A stretch of 49,988 nt of DNA. Origin: Candidatus Omnitrophota bacterium. GTDB taxonomy: Bacteria > Omnitrophota > Gorgyraeia > Gorgyraeales > Gorgyraeaceae. The notes under the pieces are model-generated. The model searched no databases and had not been told where the DNA came from. It saw only the letters and a list, made by a program, of their open reading frames with translations. The stretch lies in assembly GCA_026387235.1 (NCBI GenBank), contig JAPLMD010000066.1, forward strand, positions 1 through 49,988, written 5' to 3'. Positions 18,895 to 29,191 of the stretch are shown piece after piece (the first letter of the stretch is position 1; every line of letters begins with the position of its first letter). The position numbers and the translations under genes were made by a program.

Positions 18895-19647
18895 ATGGCG
18901 TATGTTATTGCAGTAGCGGGAAAAGGCGGGGTTGGGAAGACTACGATCTGCGCAATGCTGGTTCAACATCTATTAAAGATAGACAAACCAATCCTTGCTG
19001 TTGACGCTGATCCGAATTCTAATTTAAACGTAGCGCTGGGGTTAGAATATGAGGAAACTATTGCGGACATCAGAGAAGAAGTCAAGAAACAAACTCCGGA
19101 AAGTTTTTCTAAAAGTGAATTTTTTGGCCTTAGACTGGAAGAGGCTGTAGCAGAAGGAAATGGGTTTGACCTTCTGGTTATGGGGAGGCCCGAAGGCCCA
19201 GGCTGTTATTGCGCAGTGAATAATATATTAAGAGAATACCTTGCAAGGATATCCAAGAAGTATAAATTTGTAGTTATTGACAACGAAGCCGGCATGGAGC
19301 ATCTTTCCAGGCGCACGGCAACAGATATAGATTTGCTTCTGCTTATCAGCGATCCTACAATGGTAGGCATTAGCTCTGCTGTAAATGCTTTTAATACCGC
19401 GAAGAGCGCCGGTCTAAAGATAAAAGACATAGTCTTGGTTATAAATAAATCAAAAGGCGGGCTGGAATCGGATAAATTGAAATTGATAGAAAATGCAGGT
19501 TTAAAGATAGGCGGGTATATCTGTTTTCAGGAAGAAATACAAAAGAATAGCGAAAAAGGGAAAGGCGTAGTTGAAGCAGACAGCAATTTGGAGAATATTA
19601 TCGATAGTTTATTTAAACAGGAGGAAAAAATAAATATAATTCCTTAG
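18895..19647 (+). CDS. cooC: CooC/AcsF nickel-insertion ATPase
   Basis: VAGKGGVGKTT, DADPNSN, MGRPEGPGCYC, DNEAGMEHLSR; start reassigned to ATG 18895. Confidence 0.92.
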   Translation: MAYVIAVAGKGGVGKTTICAMLVQHLLKIDKPILAVDADPNSNLNVALGLEYEETIADIREEVKKQTPESFSKSEFFGLRLEEAVAEGNGFDLLVMGRPEGPGCYCAVNNILREYLARISKKYKFVVIDNEAGMEHLSRRTATDIDLLLLISDPTMVGISSAVNAFNTAKSAGLKIKDIVLVINKSKGGLESDKLKLIENAGLKIGGYICFQEEIQKNSEKGKGVVEADSNLENIIDSLFKQEEKINIIP

Positions 19648-19698
19648 CCAATTTTGTCCGCCAAAGTTTTGTGGCGGACAAAATTCAGCGGTGGCTAT
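19638..19698 (+). repeat. Family-C palindromic element (copy 1)
   Basis: AATTCCTTAGCCAATTTTGTC-[CGCCA..TGGCG]-GACAAAATTCAGCGGTGGCTAT; inverted homolog at 46596-46662. Confidence 0.8.
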
Positions 19699-19712
19699 AC
19701 ATTGGAGATACA

Positions 19713-20627
19713 ATGGAAAGATTAATTGAAAAATGGCAGGATAAGATCAGCGAGGTTACGCTTGGCGCAAAAAAAATAATAAAGATAGGAGGAGAGACGG
19801 GTATCTATTTTATAGAGGGAGAAGACAAGTGCCCGAATCCTCCTCGCGTAGCAATGGAGGTATGGGACATGGAACCTGAGTCATGGCCGGAGGTGCTTAA
19901 ATCAAGTTTTGGAAAAGCGCTTAAAGATCCAGGCGATTGGGCAAAGATGTGCGTTGATAAATTTTTAGCTGACCTTATCTGTTTAAGGCTCGCAAGCACG
20001 CACCCTGACTCGAAAAATACTTCCGGAGAAGAAGCAGGAAAGGTTCTGGAAAAGGTTATGAAGGCTATTTCTGTCCCTCTGATAGTCATAGGAAGTTCTG
20101 CCCCTGAAAAGGATAATGAGGTTATGGCGTATTGCGCGAACATCGCGAAAGGACAAAACTGCCTGTTTGGCATCGCAACTCAGGCGAACTATAAAACGCT
20201 GACTGCTGCGTGCCTCAGCGCGGGACACGCTATAATTTCAGAAGCTCCTATAGATATAAATATTGCGAAGCAGTTGAATATACTTATCTGCGACATGCAG
20301 TTTCCGGCAGATAAAATAGTGATACATCACGCTACGGGCGCGCTGGGCTACGGCCTCGAGTACACTTATTCTATAATGGAAAGAACCAGGCTTGCCGGTC
20401 TTTCCGGAGACAAGATGTTGTCTATGCCGATGATAAGCTTTGCAGGCCAGGAGTCGTGGCGCACTAAAGAAGCGAAGACAGGGTGCATGGATACCGGTAT
20501 TTTATGGGAAATCGCTACAGGATCGGCATATCTGAATTCAGGCGTTGATATACTTGTAATGAATCATCCAAAAGCAGTTGAAGAAATAAAGAAGGCAATA
20601 AACAACTTTACAAGCAGAGGGGCTTAA
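19713..20627 (+). CDS. acsD: Corrinoid Fe-S protein small subunit (AcsD/CdhD)
   Basis: IGGE, AMEVWD, PIDINIAKQLN, ALGYGLEYTYSIMERTRLAGL..DKML; SD GGAG before ATG 19713. Confidence 0.92.
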   Translation: MERLIEKWQDKISEVTLGAKKIIKIGGETGIYFIEGEDKCPNPPRVAMEVWDMEPESWPEVLKSSFGKALKDPGDWAKMCVDKFLADLICLRLASTHPDSKNTSGEEAGKVLEKVMKAISVPLIVIGSSAPEKDNEVMAYCANIAKGQNCLFGIATQANYKTLTAACLSAGHAIISEAPIDINIAKQLNILICDMQFPADKIVIHHATGALGYGLEYTYSIMERTRLAGLSGDKMLSMPMISFAGQESWRTKEAKTGCMDTGILWEIATGSAYLNSGVDILVMNHPKAVEEIKKAINNFTSRGA

Positions 20628-21421
20628 TGTTTATTATAGGCGAGCGTATCAACGGGATGTTTAAAGATGTGGCAAAGGCTATAAAAGAAAAAGATAAATC
20701 CATAATCCATGACCTTGCGCTTAAACAGATTTCCTGCGGCGCAAATGCCCTTGACGTAAATGTCGGCCCTGCTTCCGCTAACCCGAAAGAGGCTATGGAA
20801 TGGCTTGTTAAAACCATTAAAGAGGTTACTGATATATCGCTCGCCATAGACACTACAAAGCAGGACGTGATGGAGCTGGGCCTCGGCCTGTGCGAATCAA
20901 AACCAATAATAAATTCCGTGAACGCAAATGAAGAAAAAATGAAAACCCTTTTCGGGCTTGCCAAAAAATATAACGCGGCCATTATCGGCCTTGCCATGGA
21001 CAAGGCAGGCATTCCAAAGGACAGCGAAGGCAGGATGGAACTTGCGATGAAAATGGTAGCATCTTGCATGGAATACGGAATTGACATATCCGAGCTTTAT
21101 TTAGATGCTGTTATATTGCCTGTAAACGTTGCGCAGCCGCACGCGAAAGAAGTTCTCAAGACTATAAGGGATTCGAAATTATTGGCTGACCCGAGTCCTA
21201 AAACAGTGCTTGGCCTGTCAAATGTGTCCCAAGGCTCTTCGGCCAAACATAAAAGCCTGATCAACAGGACTTTTCTCGCGATGGCTATTGCTAACGGGCT
21301 GGATGCCGCAATACTGGACGTCACTGACAGAGAATTGATGGACACATTGATAACAGCTGAGCTTTTAATGGAAAAACAGCTGTATTGTGACTCATATCTG
21401 GATGCTTACAGGAGAAAATAA
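20627..21421 (+). CDS. acsE: Methyltetrahydrofolate:corrinoid Fe-S protein methyltransferase
   Basis: IIGERINGMF, LDVNVGP, IINS, GLSNVSQG, GLDAAI, YCDSYL. Confidence 0.93.
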   Translation: MFIIGERINGMFKDVAKAIKEKDKSIIHDLALKQISCGANALDVNVGPASANPKEAMEWLVKTIKEVTDISLAIDTTKQDVMELGLGLCESKPIINSVNANEEKMKTLFGLAKKYNAAIIGLAMDKAGIPKDSEGRMELAMKMVASCMEYGIDISELYLDAVILPVNVAQPHAKEVLKTIRDSKLLADPSPKTVLGLSNVSQGSSAKHKSLINRTFLAMAIANGLDAAILDVTDRELMDTLITAELLMEKQLYCDSYLDAYRRK

Positions 21422-21840
21422 TGGCTATCATCACAAAAAAAATAAAACTCAGCACTAAGGGCGATACGGACATAATAAATATTACCACGGAGGTATCATC
21501 CGCTGTTTTAAATTCCAGCCTGAAAAGCGGGTCTGTGACTGTTTTTGTGCCCGGTTCCACGGGAGGCATTACAACCCTTGAATATGAGCCCGGCCTTGTA
21601 GATGATCTTAAAACGTTTTTTGAAAAAATAGCGCCTAAATCAGGCGTGTATCAGCATAATATAAGATGGCAGGACGGGAACGGATATTCTCACGTGAGAG
21701 CTTCTTTTTTAGGCCCCGGCATAACTGTGCCTTTTGTTGATAATAAAGTACTGCTGGGCAAGTGGCAGCAGATAGTTTTCATTGATTTTGATAATAGGCC
21801 CAGAGACAGGGAAATTATACTGCAAATAACAGGTGAATAA
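21421..21840 (+). CDS. yjbQ: YjbQ/UPF0047 family protein
   Basis: FVPGSTGGITTLEYE, DGNGYSHVRAS, LGKWQQIVFIDFD. Confidence 0.9.
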   Translation: MAIITKKIKLSTKGDTDIINITTEVSSAVLNSSLKSGSVTVFVPGSTGGITTLEYEPGLVDDLKTFFEKIAPKSGVYQHNIRWQDGNGYSHVRASFLGPGITVPFVDNKVLLGKWQQIVFIDFDNRPRDREIILQITGE

Positions 21841-23128
21841 TATGAAACCGGTATTGCAAGTAGCTTTAGATTTTGTGGATTTAAAGCGCGCCTTGAAATG
21901 CGCGGAAGAAGCAGTTAATGGAGGTATTGACTGGTTAGAAGCAGGAACCCCTTTAATAAAGAGCGAGGGCCTGAATGCTGTCAGGAAGCTGCGCGAAAGA
22001 TTTCCCAATAAAACAATAGTAGCTGATATGAAAATAATGGACGCGGGCCGCACAGAGGTAGAGATTGCCGCGAAATCAGGCGCAAATATTGTTTGTGTCC
22101 TGGGGGCTGCGAGCGATTCAACGATCAAAGAATGCGTGGAAGCGGCGCATAATTACGGCGCAAAGATACAGGCGGATATGATAGCGATAAAAGACGTCAA
22201 GTCCAGGGCCATGGATGTGGCCAAGCTAGGAGTTGACTATATCGGCATACACTGCTCTATTGATGACCAGATGCATGCAAAGGATCCCTTTAAGCAGCTT
22301 AAAGACGTCGCAAAACATTTATCTATCCCTATAGCTGTGGCAGGCGGAATAAATTCCGAGACAGCGTCCGATGCCATCAGATCAGGCGCAAGCATAGTCA
22401 TAGTAGGCGGAGCTATTAATAAATCAAAGGACGCAAAAAAAGCGACCGAGGAAATAAAACGTTCGATAATGCAATTGAAGAAAATAAAAACGGAGCTTTT
22501 TAAAAGAGTAGATGAAAAAGATATCTTAAAGATTCTGATGAAAGTTTCTGCTTCAAATCTTTCAGATGCGATGCACAGGCAAGGCGCGTTAAAAGACATA
22601 ATAAGCGTTAATCCTGGTTTAAACATATGCGGACAGGCTTTGACCGTAAGGACTTATCCGGGAGACTGGGCAAAGCCTGTTGAGGCAATTGACGTGGCTC
22701 AGGAGGGGCAGATAATAGTCATTGACGCGGGAGGCGTAGGGCCTGCCATATGGGGGGAACTGGCAACTCGCGGGGCCATTCAAAAAAAGATAGCAGGTGT
22801 CGTAATAGATGGGGCTATAAGGGATATCAGAGAGATAAGAGGCTTGAAATTCCCTGCTTTTTCAAAAATGATTTCTCCTTCAGCGGGTGAGCCTAAAGGA
22901 TTCGGGGAGATAGGCATACCTATAAACGTGGGGGGCGTAAGAATATTCAGCGGAGATTGGATATTGGGGGACGATGACGGAGTAGTCGTAATTCCTAAAG
23001 ATAAAGCAGTGGAATTTGCGAACAGGGCCATGAGCGTGATGGAATCAGAAAACAGGCTGAGAAAAGAAATAGACGAAGGTTCCACTCTGTCAAAGGTCAC
23101 GGAATTATTAAAGTGGGAGAAGAGGTAA
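21833..23128 (+). CDS. 3-hexulose-6-phosphate synthase fused to an RraA-like domain
   Basis: N-terminal LQVALD, EAGTPLIKSEG, ADMKIMDAG, AVAGGI; C-terminal NLSDAM, GDWAKPVEAID, WGELA, DGAIRD, GDDDGVV. Confidence 0.88.
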   Translation: MNNMKPVLQVALDFVDLKRALKCAEEAVNGGIDWLEAGTPLIKSEGLNAVRKLRERFPNKTIVADMKIMDAGRTEVEIAAKSGANIVCVLGAASDSTIKECVEAAHNYGAKIQADMIAIKDVKSRAMDVAKLGVDYIGIHCSIDDQMHAKDPFKQLKDVAKHLSIPIAVAGGINSETASDAIRSGASIVIVGGAINKSKDAKKATEEIKRSIMQLKKIKTELFKRVDEKDILKILMKVSASNLSDAMHRQGALKDIISVNPGLNICGQALTVRTYPGDWAKPVEAIDVAQEGQIIVIDAGGVGPAIWGELATRGAIQKKIAGVVIDGAIRDIREIRGLKFPAFSKMISPSAGEPKGFGEIGIPINVGGVRIFSGDWILGDDDGVVVIPKDKAVEFANRAMSVMESENRLRKEIDEGSTLSKVTELLKWEKR

Positions 23129-23135
23129 CAATACA

Positions 23136-24245
23136 TTGCAGAAAAGAATATTTATCGCAGCCACAAGGCAGAATGACGGAAAGACCACTATTTCTCTAGG
23201 CCTTATCAGGGCATTTAGAAAAAGATTCAGCAGGGTAGGTTTCATAAAACCTGTTGGTCAAAGATATGTGTTTGAGCATGGGTATAAGGTGGATGAAGAT
23301 TCTGTGCTTATTGAAAAAGTCTGCGGCATGAGGTGTTCAATAAAAGACATGAGCCCTGTAGCAATAGATAAAGGCTTTACAGAAAATTATATAAAAAGAG
23401 GCGACCACAGAAAACTGGTGGACAGCATAATCTCCTCCTTTGAGCGTATATCCAAAAGAAAGGATCTTGTCGTGATAGAGGGCACAGGTCATGCAGGCGT
23501 GGGCTCTATATTTGATCTTTCCAATGCTAGGGTGGCGAATATCCTGGATGCCAAGGTGATACTCGTGACAGCCGGCGGAATAGGTAAGCCAATGGATGAA
23601 ATAGAGCTGAATATGGCATTGTTTGAAAAAGAAGGCGTGGATGTCATAGGCGTTATAATAAATAAAGTCCTTGCGTCAAAATATAAAAAAGTAAAAGACG
23701 TGCTTAAGCTGGGCCTTAAGAGAAAAGGCATTGACGTGCTTGGCGTGATCCCTTATGCGCCAAAACTTTCAAACCCCACGATTCAAAATATTATAGAAGA
23801 AACCGGCATGAAGCTTATATCTAAAAAGGCAGGCATTGAGAATGTTGTACGCAATATTTTTATAGGCGCCATGGAGCCTCATGCCGCGCTTAGTTTCATT
23901 GAAACAGATTCTCTTTTAATAACGCCCGGCGACAGGGAAGACATAATAAGAACTGTTTTAACGGCGCATCTTTTGAAAAAACCTAAAAGAAAAATTTCAA
24001 TATCAGGCATCATATTGACCGGCAACATAGTCCCTAACGAAAAGGTAATGAGGCTTATAGAGAACGCGAATATACCCGTGCTTTTAAGTAAAGAGCACAC
24101 GTATAAAGCTGCTTCTGAGATATATGATCTTGTTGTCAAGATAGGGCCTCGGGACAAGGAGAAAGCCAGAATAGCCGAAAACCTGGTAAAGAATTATGTA
24201 AACGTGGGCTGGATATTGGAAAAAATTAAACAAGGGAGGAATTGA
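23136..24245 (+). CDS. AAA_26/DRTGG protein (phosphotransacetylase N-terminal-like, no catalytic Pta domain)
   Basis: [35 protein letters not shown]; TTG start. Confidence 0.85.
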   Translation: MQKRIFIAATRQNDGKTTISLGLIRAFRKRFSRVGFIKPVGQRYVFEHGYKVDEDSVLIEKVCGMRCSIKDMSPVAIDKGFTENYIKRGDHRKLVDSIISSFERISKRKDLVVIEGTGHAGVGSIFDLSNARVANILDAKVILVTAGGIGKPMDEIELNMALFEKEGVDVIGVIINKVLASKYKKVKDVLKLGLKRKGIDVLGVIPYAPKLSNPTIQNIIEETGMKLISKKAGIENVVRNIFIGAMEPHAALSFIETDSLLITPGDREDIIRTVLTAHLLKKPKRKISISGIILTGNIVPNEKVMRLIENANIPVLLSKEHTYKAASEIYDLVVKIGPRDKEKARIAENLVKNYVNVGWILEKIKQGRN

Positions 24246-24247
24246 CT

Positions 24248-24409
24248 ATGTTTGGGATAGGGATGCCGGAATTGATTTTAATATTAGTCATCTGCCTTTT
24301 GGTATTCGGGGCTGCCAAATTACCGGAGATCGGGAGGAATATGGGAAAGGCGATAGGCGAATTCAAGAAAGGCATGAAGGACGATGAGTCGCCTTCCAAA
24401 AAAGACTAA
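24248..24409 (+). CDS. tatA: Twin-arginine translocase TatA/E subunit (missing from the ORF track)
   Basis: Translates [53 protein letters not shown]; SD GGGAGG. Confidence 0.95.
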   Translation: MFGIGMPELILILVICLLVFGAAKLPEIGRNMGKAIGEFKKGMKDDESPSKKD

Positions 24410-24415
24410 TAGTGC

Positions 24416-24444
24416 TTGACACTTATAGGTGTTTTATATAGAAT
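24416..24444 (+). promoter_or_regulatory. Sigma70 promoter of rpsU
   Basis: TTGACA, 17 bp, TAGAAT. Confidence 0.75.
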
Positions 24445-24472
24445 TGATTTATATTTTAGGGGGTGAAAAAGA

Positions 24473-24649
24473 ATGTCAAGAATAGATATAGCTCCCGGGG
24501 AATCCTTGGAGAAAGCCTTAAGGCGCTTTAAAAAGAAAATAGAACGCGATGGTTTGTTGAAATTATTAAAAGCTCGAAAGCATTATGAAAAACCGAGCGA
24601 AAAAAGAAGAAGAAAACAACGTTCGCCTAAATCAACCAGCAGGTATTGA
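24473..24649 (+). CDS. rpsU: 30S ribosomal protein S21 (missing from the ORF track)
   Basis: MSRIDIAPGESLEKALRRFKKKIERDGLLKLLKARKHYEKPSEKRRRK. Confidence 0.95.
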   Translation: MSRIDIAPGESLEKALRRFKKKIERDGLLKLLKARKHYEKPSEKRRRKQRSPKSTSRY

Positions 24650-24685
24650 TCTCTAATATCAAGCTATAATTTGATCGTGCCCAAG

Positions 24686-27271
24686 ATGATAAAAAAACAA
24701 ATTTTATTTTCTGTCTTGGCATTTTTTGTTTTAGGCGCTTTTATTTGCGCGCCTTTAAATGCTCAGGACAACGTAACGCTGGATAATGGCCTTAAGGCCA
24801 TTGTAAGAGAAGACCACAGAAACCCAATCGTGGTCTTTTCTGTTTTTACGGATTCCGGTTCTGCGTCTGAAGGTGAATACGCAGGAACAGGCATAAGCCA
24901 TCTTGTAGAGCACATGCTTTTCAAAGGGACTAAGAAATATCCAGTTGGCTCTATAGAAGATATATTGAATAAATATGGGGGCAATATAGAAGGCTATACC
25001 TCCTATGATTATACGGGTTATAGCGTGATCATACTTAAAGATCATTTGGATACGGCAATGGATATATTGAAAGGAATGCTCACAGAGCCTTTATTTGACC
25101 CAAGGGAATTTAAAAAAGAAAAGGCTGTTATTTTAAGAGAAATGGATATGAATAAAGATGATCCTGCCAGAAGGATTTCCAGGATGACGTTTGAGGCAGC
25201 CTTTTTAGAGCATCCTTACCGCCTGCCTCCCATAGGTTATAAAGAAAACTTCGAGCGGCTCAAAAGAGAGGACGCGGTAAAATTTTTCAAAGCCGCGTAT
25301 GTCCCGGAGAAAATTACCATAGCGGTTGTCGGGGATATAGACAGGCAGGATACGCTCGATAAAATAAAGGCGTCTTTCGGCAGGATACCGCGCGGCGCTA
25401 ACGCAATTGCCGTAAGGCCAAAAGAGCCTATGCAAGTAACGGGAAGATTTGCGGAAGAAAAAGCAGATATAGACGGCGCTTATATGAATATCAGCTTTCA
25501 TTCTACTGATTTGCTCGACACAGATCTATACGCGATGGATCTTTTGTCTTTTATTTTAGGGCAAGGAGAGAGCTCTATATTGAATGAAAATCTTAGGATG
25601 AAAAATCAAACAGTTCTTTCTGTTTCCGCGTATAATTATACGCCCAGAGATCCCGGCCTTTTTATTATTTCAAGCGTATTGGAAGAAAAAAACGTAAGCA
25701 AGGCAATGGAAGGCATGCTTGGCTGCACGGAAACCTTAAAACAAAATGGCGTTACCGAAGAAGATCTTTTAAAAGCAAAAAATAATTTTATCGCAGATTA
25801 TATATATCAAAAAGAAACAATAGAATCCCAGGCTAATGATATTGCGCAAAGCCAGATTCTGACAGGGAGCCCGGATTTTTTCAAGCAGTACATAGAAAAT
25901 ATAAAAGCGGTAAAGATAGAAGATATAAAACAAGCGGCTTCAAAGTATCTTAACGCTCAGAATATGACCGTAACGGTTTTGAGTAAATCGGGCAATGCCT
26001 TGAAGACTGGGTCTGCGCCGGGCTCAGCAGAAAAAAAGACAACGGATATTGAGAGAATTTTGCTTTCCAACAATATACCCGTGATTTTATATGAAAATCA
26101 CAACTTGCCGATAATAGCGGTATCTGTACTATTTAAAGGCGGGGTGAGGGCAGAGAACGAGGACAATAACGGCATATCAATGCTTACAAGCCAGATGTTT
26201 TTAGATGGCGCAGGTTCCATGTCAAGAAGCGATATGGCCAGGTTTTATGAATCAAGGGCAATAGCTTTAAACACATTCTCAGGAAATAACAGCTTGGGTA
26301 TTACTATGGCATGCCTTAAGGAGCATGTTGAAGACGCATTAAAACTTATTTCTGACATTTGTCTGAACCCTTCTTTTCCTGACGATGAGCTAAAGAGAGA
26401 AAAAAATGAAATCTCGCAGGCCATAGACATGCAGGATAATGACATTATTAATCACGGCCACAGGTTGTTAAAAGAGCTTTTATTTAAAACCCACCCATAC
26501 AGATTTCAGGCAATAGGCACGCACGATAGCATGAATAAAATAACAAAAGATATTATGAAGGATTTCTATAAAAGTATTGCAGCTGCGGATAATATTGCGA
26601 TAGGGGCATCAGGGGATTTTAAGAGCGGGGATATAGCGGCTATGATTGAAAAATATTTCTCAAAGATGCAATCAGGAGAAACAAAGCCCTTAAGCCCTAA
26701 AAAAGAACCAGCCATTGACAAAAATACAGAAAAAGACATAGCTACAAGCAAGGATCAGTCGCTTGTGCTGATAGGGTTCCGAGGAGTAGACATCTACGAT
26801 AAAGACAGATATGCTGTTGAGATACTTGCAAATATCTTATCGAGCCCTTCCGGCGTGTTGTTTGACAGTATACGGGAAGAAAAAGGCCTTACTTACGCAG
26901 TGGGCGCTTTTAATGTATTAGGCGTTGATCCTGGGTATGTCGCGATATATGCGCTGACTTCAAAGGGAAATATAGAAAGAGTGAAACAAGGGCTTTTCAA
27001 AGAACTGGATTTACTCGCGAGAAACGGCATAAAGAAAGATGAGATAGAGAAATCTAAAAATTATCTGAAAGCAATGCGCAAGGTAGAGATGCAGACAAAC
27101 TCCAGCTTTATTTTCAACGCGGCGATGGACGAACTTTACGGGCTTGGGTATGACAACTATAAGAATTTTGATAAAAACATAGATTCTGTTACAATAGAAG
27201 ACGTCAGGCAGGCAGCTAAAAGAGTTTTTACGCTTAATAAATGCGCGGTAGTGATTCTAAAGGGTAACTAA
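24686..27271 (+). CDS. Secreted two-module M16 zinc protease
   Basis: Signal peptide, HLVEH in the first module; the second module lacks HxxEH but keeps IREEKGLTY. Confidence 0.9.
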   Translation: MIKKQILFSVLAFFVLGAFICAPLNAQDNVTLDNGLKAIVREDHRNPIVVFSVFTDSGSASEGEYAGTGISHLVEHMLFKGTKKYPVGSIEDILNKYGGNIEGYTSYDYTGYSVIILKDHLDTAMDILKGMLTEPLFDPREFKKEKAVILREMDMNKDDPARRISRMTFEAAFLEHPYRLPPIGYKENFERLKREDAVKFFKAAYVPEKITIAVVGDIDRQDTLDKIKASFGRIPRGANAIAVRPKEPMQVTGRFAEEKADIDGAYMNISFHSTDLLDTDLYAMDLLSFILGQGESSILNENLRMKNQTVLSVSAYNYTPRDPGLFIISSVLEEKNVSKAMEGMLGCTETLKQNGVTEEDLLKAKNNFIADYIYQKETIESQANDIAQSQILTGSPDFFKQYIENIKAVKIEDIKQAASKYLNAQNMTVTVLSKSGNALKTGSAPGSAEKKTTDIERILLSNNIPVILYENHNLPIIAVSVLFKGGVRAENEDNNGISMLTSQMFLDGAGSMSRSDMARFYESRAIALNTFSGNNSLGITMACLKEHVEDALKLISDICLNPSFPDDELKREKNEISQAIDMQDNDIINHGHRLLKELLFKTHPYRFQAIGTHDSMNKITKDIMKDFYKSIAAADNIAIGASGDFKSGDIAAMIEKYFSKMQSGETKPLSPKKEPAIDKNTEKDIATSKDQSLVLIGFRGVDIYDKDRYAVEILANILSSPSGVLFDSIREEKGLTYAVGAFNVLGVDPGYVAIYALTSKGNIERVKQGLFKELDLLARNGIKKDEIEKSKNYLKAMRKVEMQTNSSFIFNAAMDELYGLGYDNYKNFDKNIDSVTIEDVRQAAKRVFTLNKCAVVILKGN

Positions 27272-28077
27272 TGATACGAAGACCTGCGTTCGCCGGACAA
27301 TTTTATCCTCAAACCGAAGCAAGCCTTAGAAAAATGCTATCGGGATTGATAGAGCCTGTTTCTGAAAAACAGGATGCAATAGGCGTAATAATGCCGCACG
27401 CGGGCTACGTGTATTCCGGCCACGTGGCAGGCGCTACAATATCAAAGGTAGAACTTAAGAAAACTGTAATTATTTTAGGCACAAATCATACAGGCCGAGG
27501 GGAAAAATTCAGCATTATGACCGGCGGAAGCTGGATGACGCCTCTTGGAGAGGTTAAAATAGATTCTGAAATAGCAGGGTCTATTTTAAAAGAAAGCCTT
27601 CTTTTAAAAGAAGATAGTCTGGCTCACTTGCAGGAACATTCCATAGAGGTTGAGATACCGTTTTTACAATATCTGCAGAATGACATCAGGATTGTTCCTA
27701 TAGCCGTATCTCCATGGGCGGAGTTATCAGAGTGCCGAAGTCTCGGAGAGAGCATAGCAAATGGTTTTAAAAAAATAGGAAGATCAGGTCTTTTTATGGC
27801 GAGCACTGACATGACTCATTATGAATCAAAAGAGGCTGCGCAGGAAAAAGACAGGCTGGCTATAGATGCTATTTTGGATATGGATGAAGAAAAATTATTC
27901 AATGTAGTTAAGGAGAATGATTTATCCATGTGCGGGCTTCCGGCCGTATGCGGGCTTATAAGCGCGTGTAAAAAATTAGGCGCGAAAAAAGCAGGGCTCG
28001 TAAAATACCAGACAAGCGGAGATACGTCAGGCGACTATAGTTCTGTGGTAGGTTATGCAGGAATGATTATATGGTAA
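27271..28077 (+). CDS. AmmeMemoRadiSam system protein B (MEMO1 family)
   Basis: RRPAFAGQFYP, PHAGYVYSG, EHSIEV, STDMTHY, SMCG, VVGYAG. Confidence 0.93.
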   Translation: MIRRPAFAGQFYPQTEASLRKMLSGLIEPVSEKQDAIGVIMPHAGYVYSGHVAGATISKVELKKTVIILGTNHTGRGEKFSIMTGGSWMTPLGEVKIDSEIAGSILKESLLLKEDSLAHLQEHSIEVEIPFLQYLQNDIRIVPIAVSPWAELSECRSLGESIANGFKKIGRSGLFMASTDMTHYESKEAAQEKDRLAIDAILDMDEEKLFNVVKENDLSMCGLPAVCGLISACKKLGAKKAGLVKYQTSGDTSGDYSSVVGYAGMIIW

Positions 28078-29036
28078 ACAACAAATCATCGTTTTTATTA
28101 AAATTTATTATAAGCTTCGGGCTTCTTTTGCTTCTAGTTTGGATAATGAGAAAAGATGCCGGAGAGGTCATAGAGATCCTTAAAAACTCTAATAAATTTT
28201 TTATTATGCTGTCCGTAGCCGTTAATATTCTTATTTCAATAGGGTTTGCTTGCAGATTAAGAATGTTATTGTCCGGAAAGAAAATTATGCTTTCGATAAG
28301 AGATGCTGTCCGCCTTACATTTATAGGATATTTTTATAATAATTTTTTACCGACCACGATAGGAGGGGATATAGCTAAGGCATATTATGCGTCTAAGAAA
28401 ACAAACGATAAAGCTGCTTCTTATGCTGCTGTATTCATGGATAGGATTCTAGGGTTGGTATCTACTTTGATAATAGCTCTCATAGGCCTTATTTTTATAG
28501 GCAAAGATATGGATAATAAGTTTATCGTCTGGAGTGTTCCTTTTTTATGTTTTTTAGCGGCATCTATGATCGTATTTTTGTTTAAGAAAAATAATAAAAC
28601 AGCAGATGATTCTTCCGATAAAAAAGGGATATTCAATAACGTAAAGGCCAAGGCTTCAAAATTATATACTGCGATAAATCTCTATAGAAACAACCCCGTT
28701 CTTTTAATAAAGGTCGTGATACTGTCTTTTATTCTGCAATCCCTGAGCATAGCTACTATTTATATGTTTGCGTTGTCTGTAGGAGGAGATATCTCCTTAT
28801 TGAAATTGTTTTTTATCATTCCGCTTGTGTGGACTATAAGCATGCTGCCCTCTTTGAATGGATTGGGAGTAAGAGAGGGGGCGTTTGTATATTTTCTAAA
28901 AGGTTACATCGGGGCGGAAAAGGCATTTGCGATTTCTGTTCTATGCCTTGGCTTAATTATGTTTTCTAGCTTAGCCGGAGGGATTTTTCAATTAGCGTAT
29001 CCCATAAAAATCAAAGGAGACCATGTAAATGATTGA
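28071..29036 (+). CDS. Lysylphosphatidylglycerol synthase TM-domain / flippase-like protein
   Basis: FYNNFLPTTIGGDIAK, MDRILG, PSLNGLGVREG; multiple TM segments. Confidence 0.85.
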   Translation: MVNNKSSFLLKFIISFGLLLLLVWIMRKDAGEVIEILKNSNKFFIMLSVAVNILISIGFACRLRMLLSGKKIMLSIRDAVRLTFIGYFYNNFLPTTIGGDIAKAYYASKKTNDKAASYAAVFMDRILGLVSTLIIALIGLIFIGKDMDNKFIVWSVPFLCFLAASMIVFLFKKNNKTADDSSDKKGIFNNVKAKASKLYTAINLYRNNPVLLIKVVILSFILQSLSIATIYMFALSVGGDISLLKLFFIIPLVWTISMLPSLNGLGVREGAFVYFLKGYIGAEKAFAISVLCLGLIMFSSLAGGIFQLAYPIKIKGDHVND

Positions 29037-29181
29037 CAAAGAATTATTGGCGATACTCGCATGTCCTGCGTGCAAGGCGGACGTTGAATTAAAAGATAAT
29101 AAAATTTGCTGCACGAGATGCGGAAAAAAATACCCTATTAGAGACGGGATACCGGTAATGCTTATAGAAGAAGCGGAATAA
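29029..29181 (+). CDS. Trm112/YcaR family protein (missing from the ORF track)
   Basis: MIDKELLAILACPACK..CTRCGKKYPIRDGIPVMLIEEAE; SD AGGAG upstream. Confidence 0.93.
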   Translation: MIDKELLAILACPACKADVELKDNKICCTRCGKKYPIRDGIPVMLIEEAE

Positions 29182-29191
29182 GCAAAATTTG

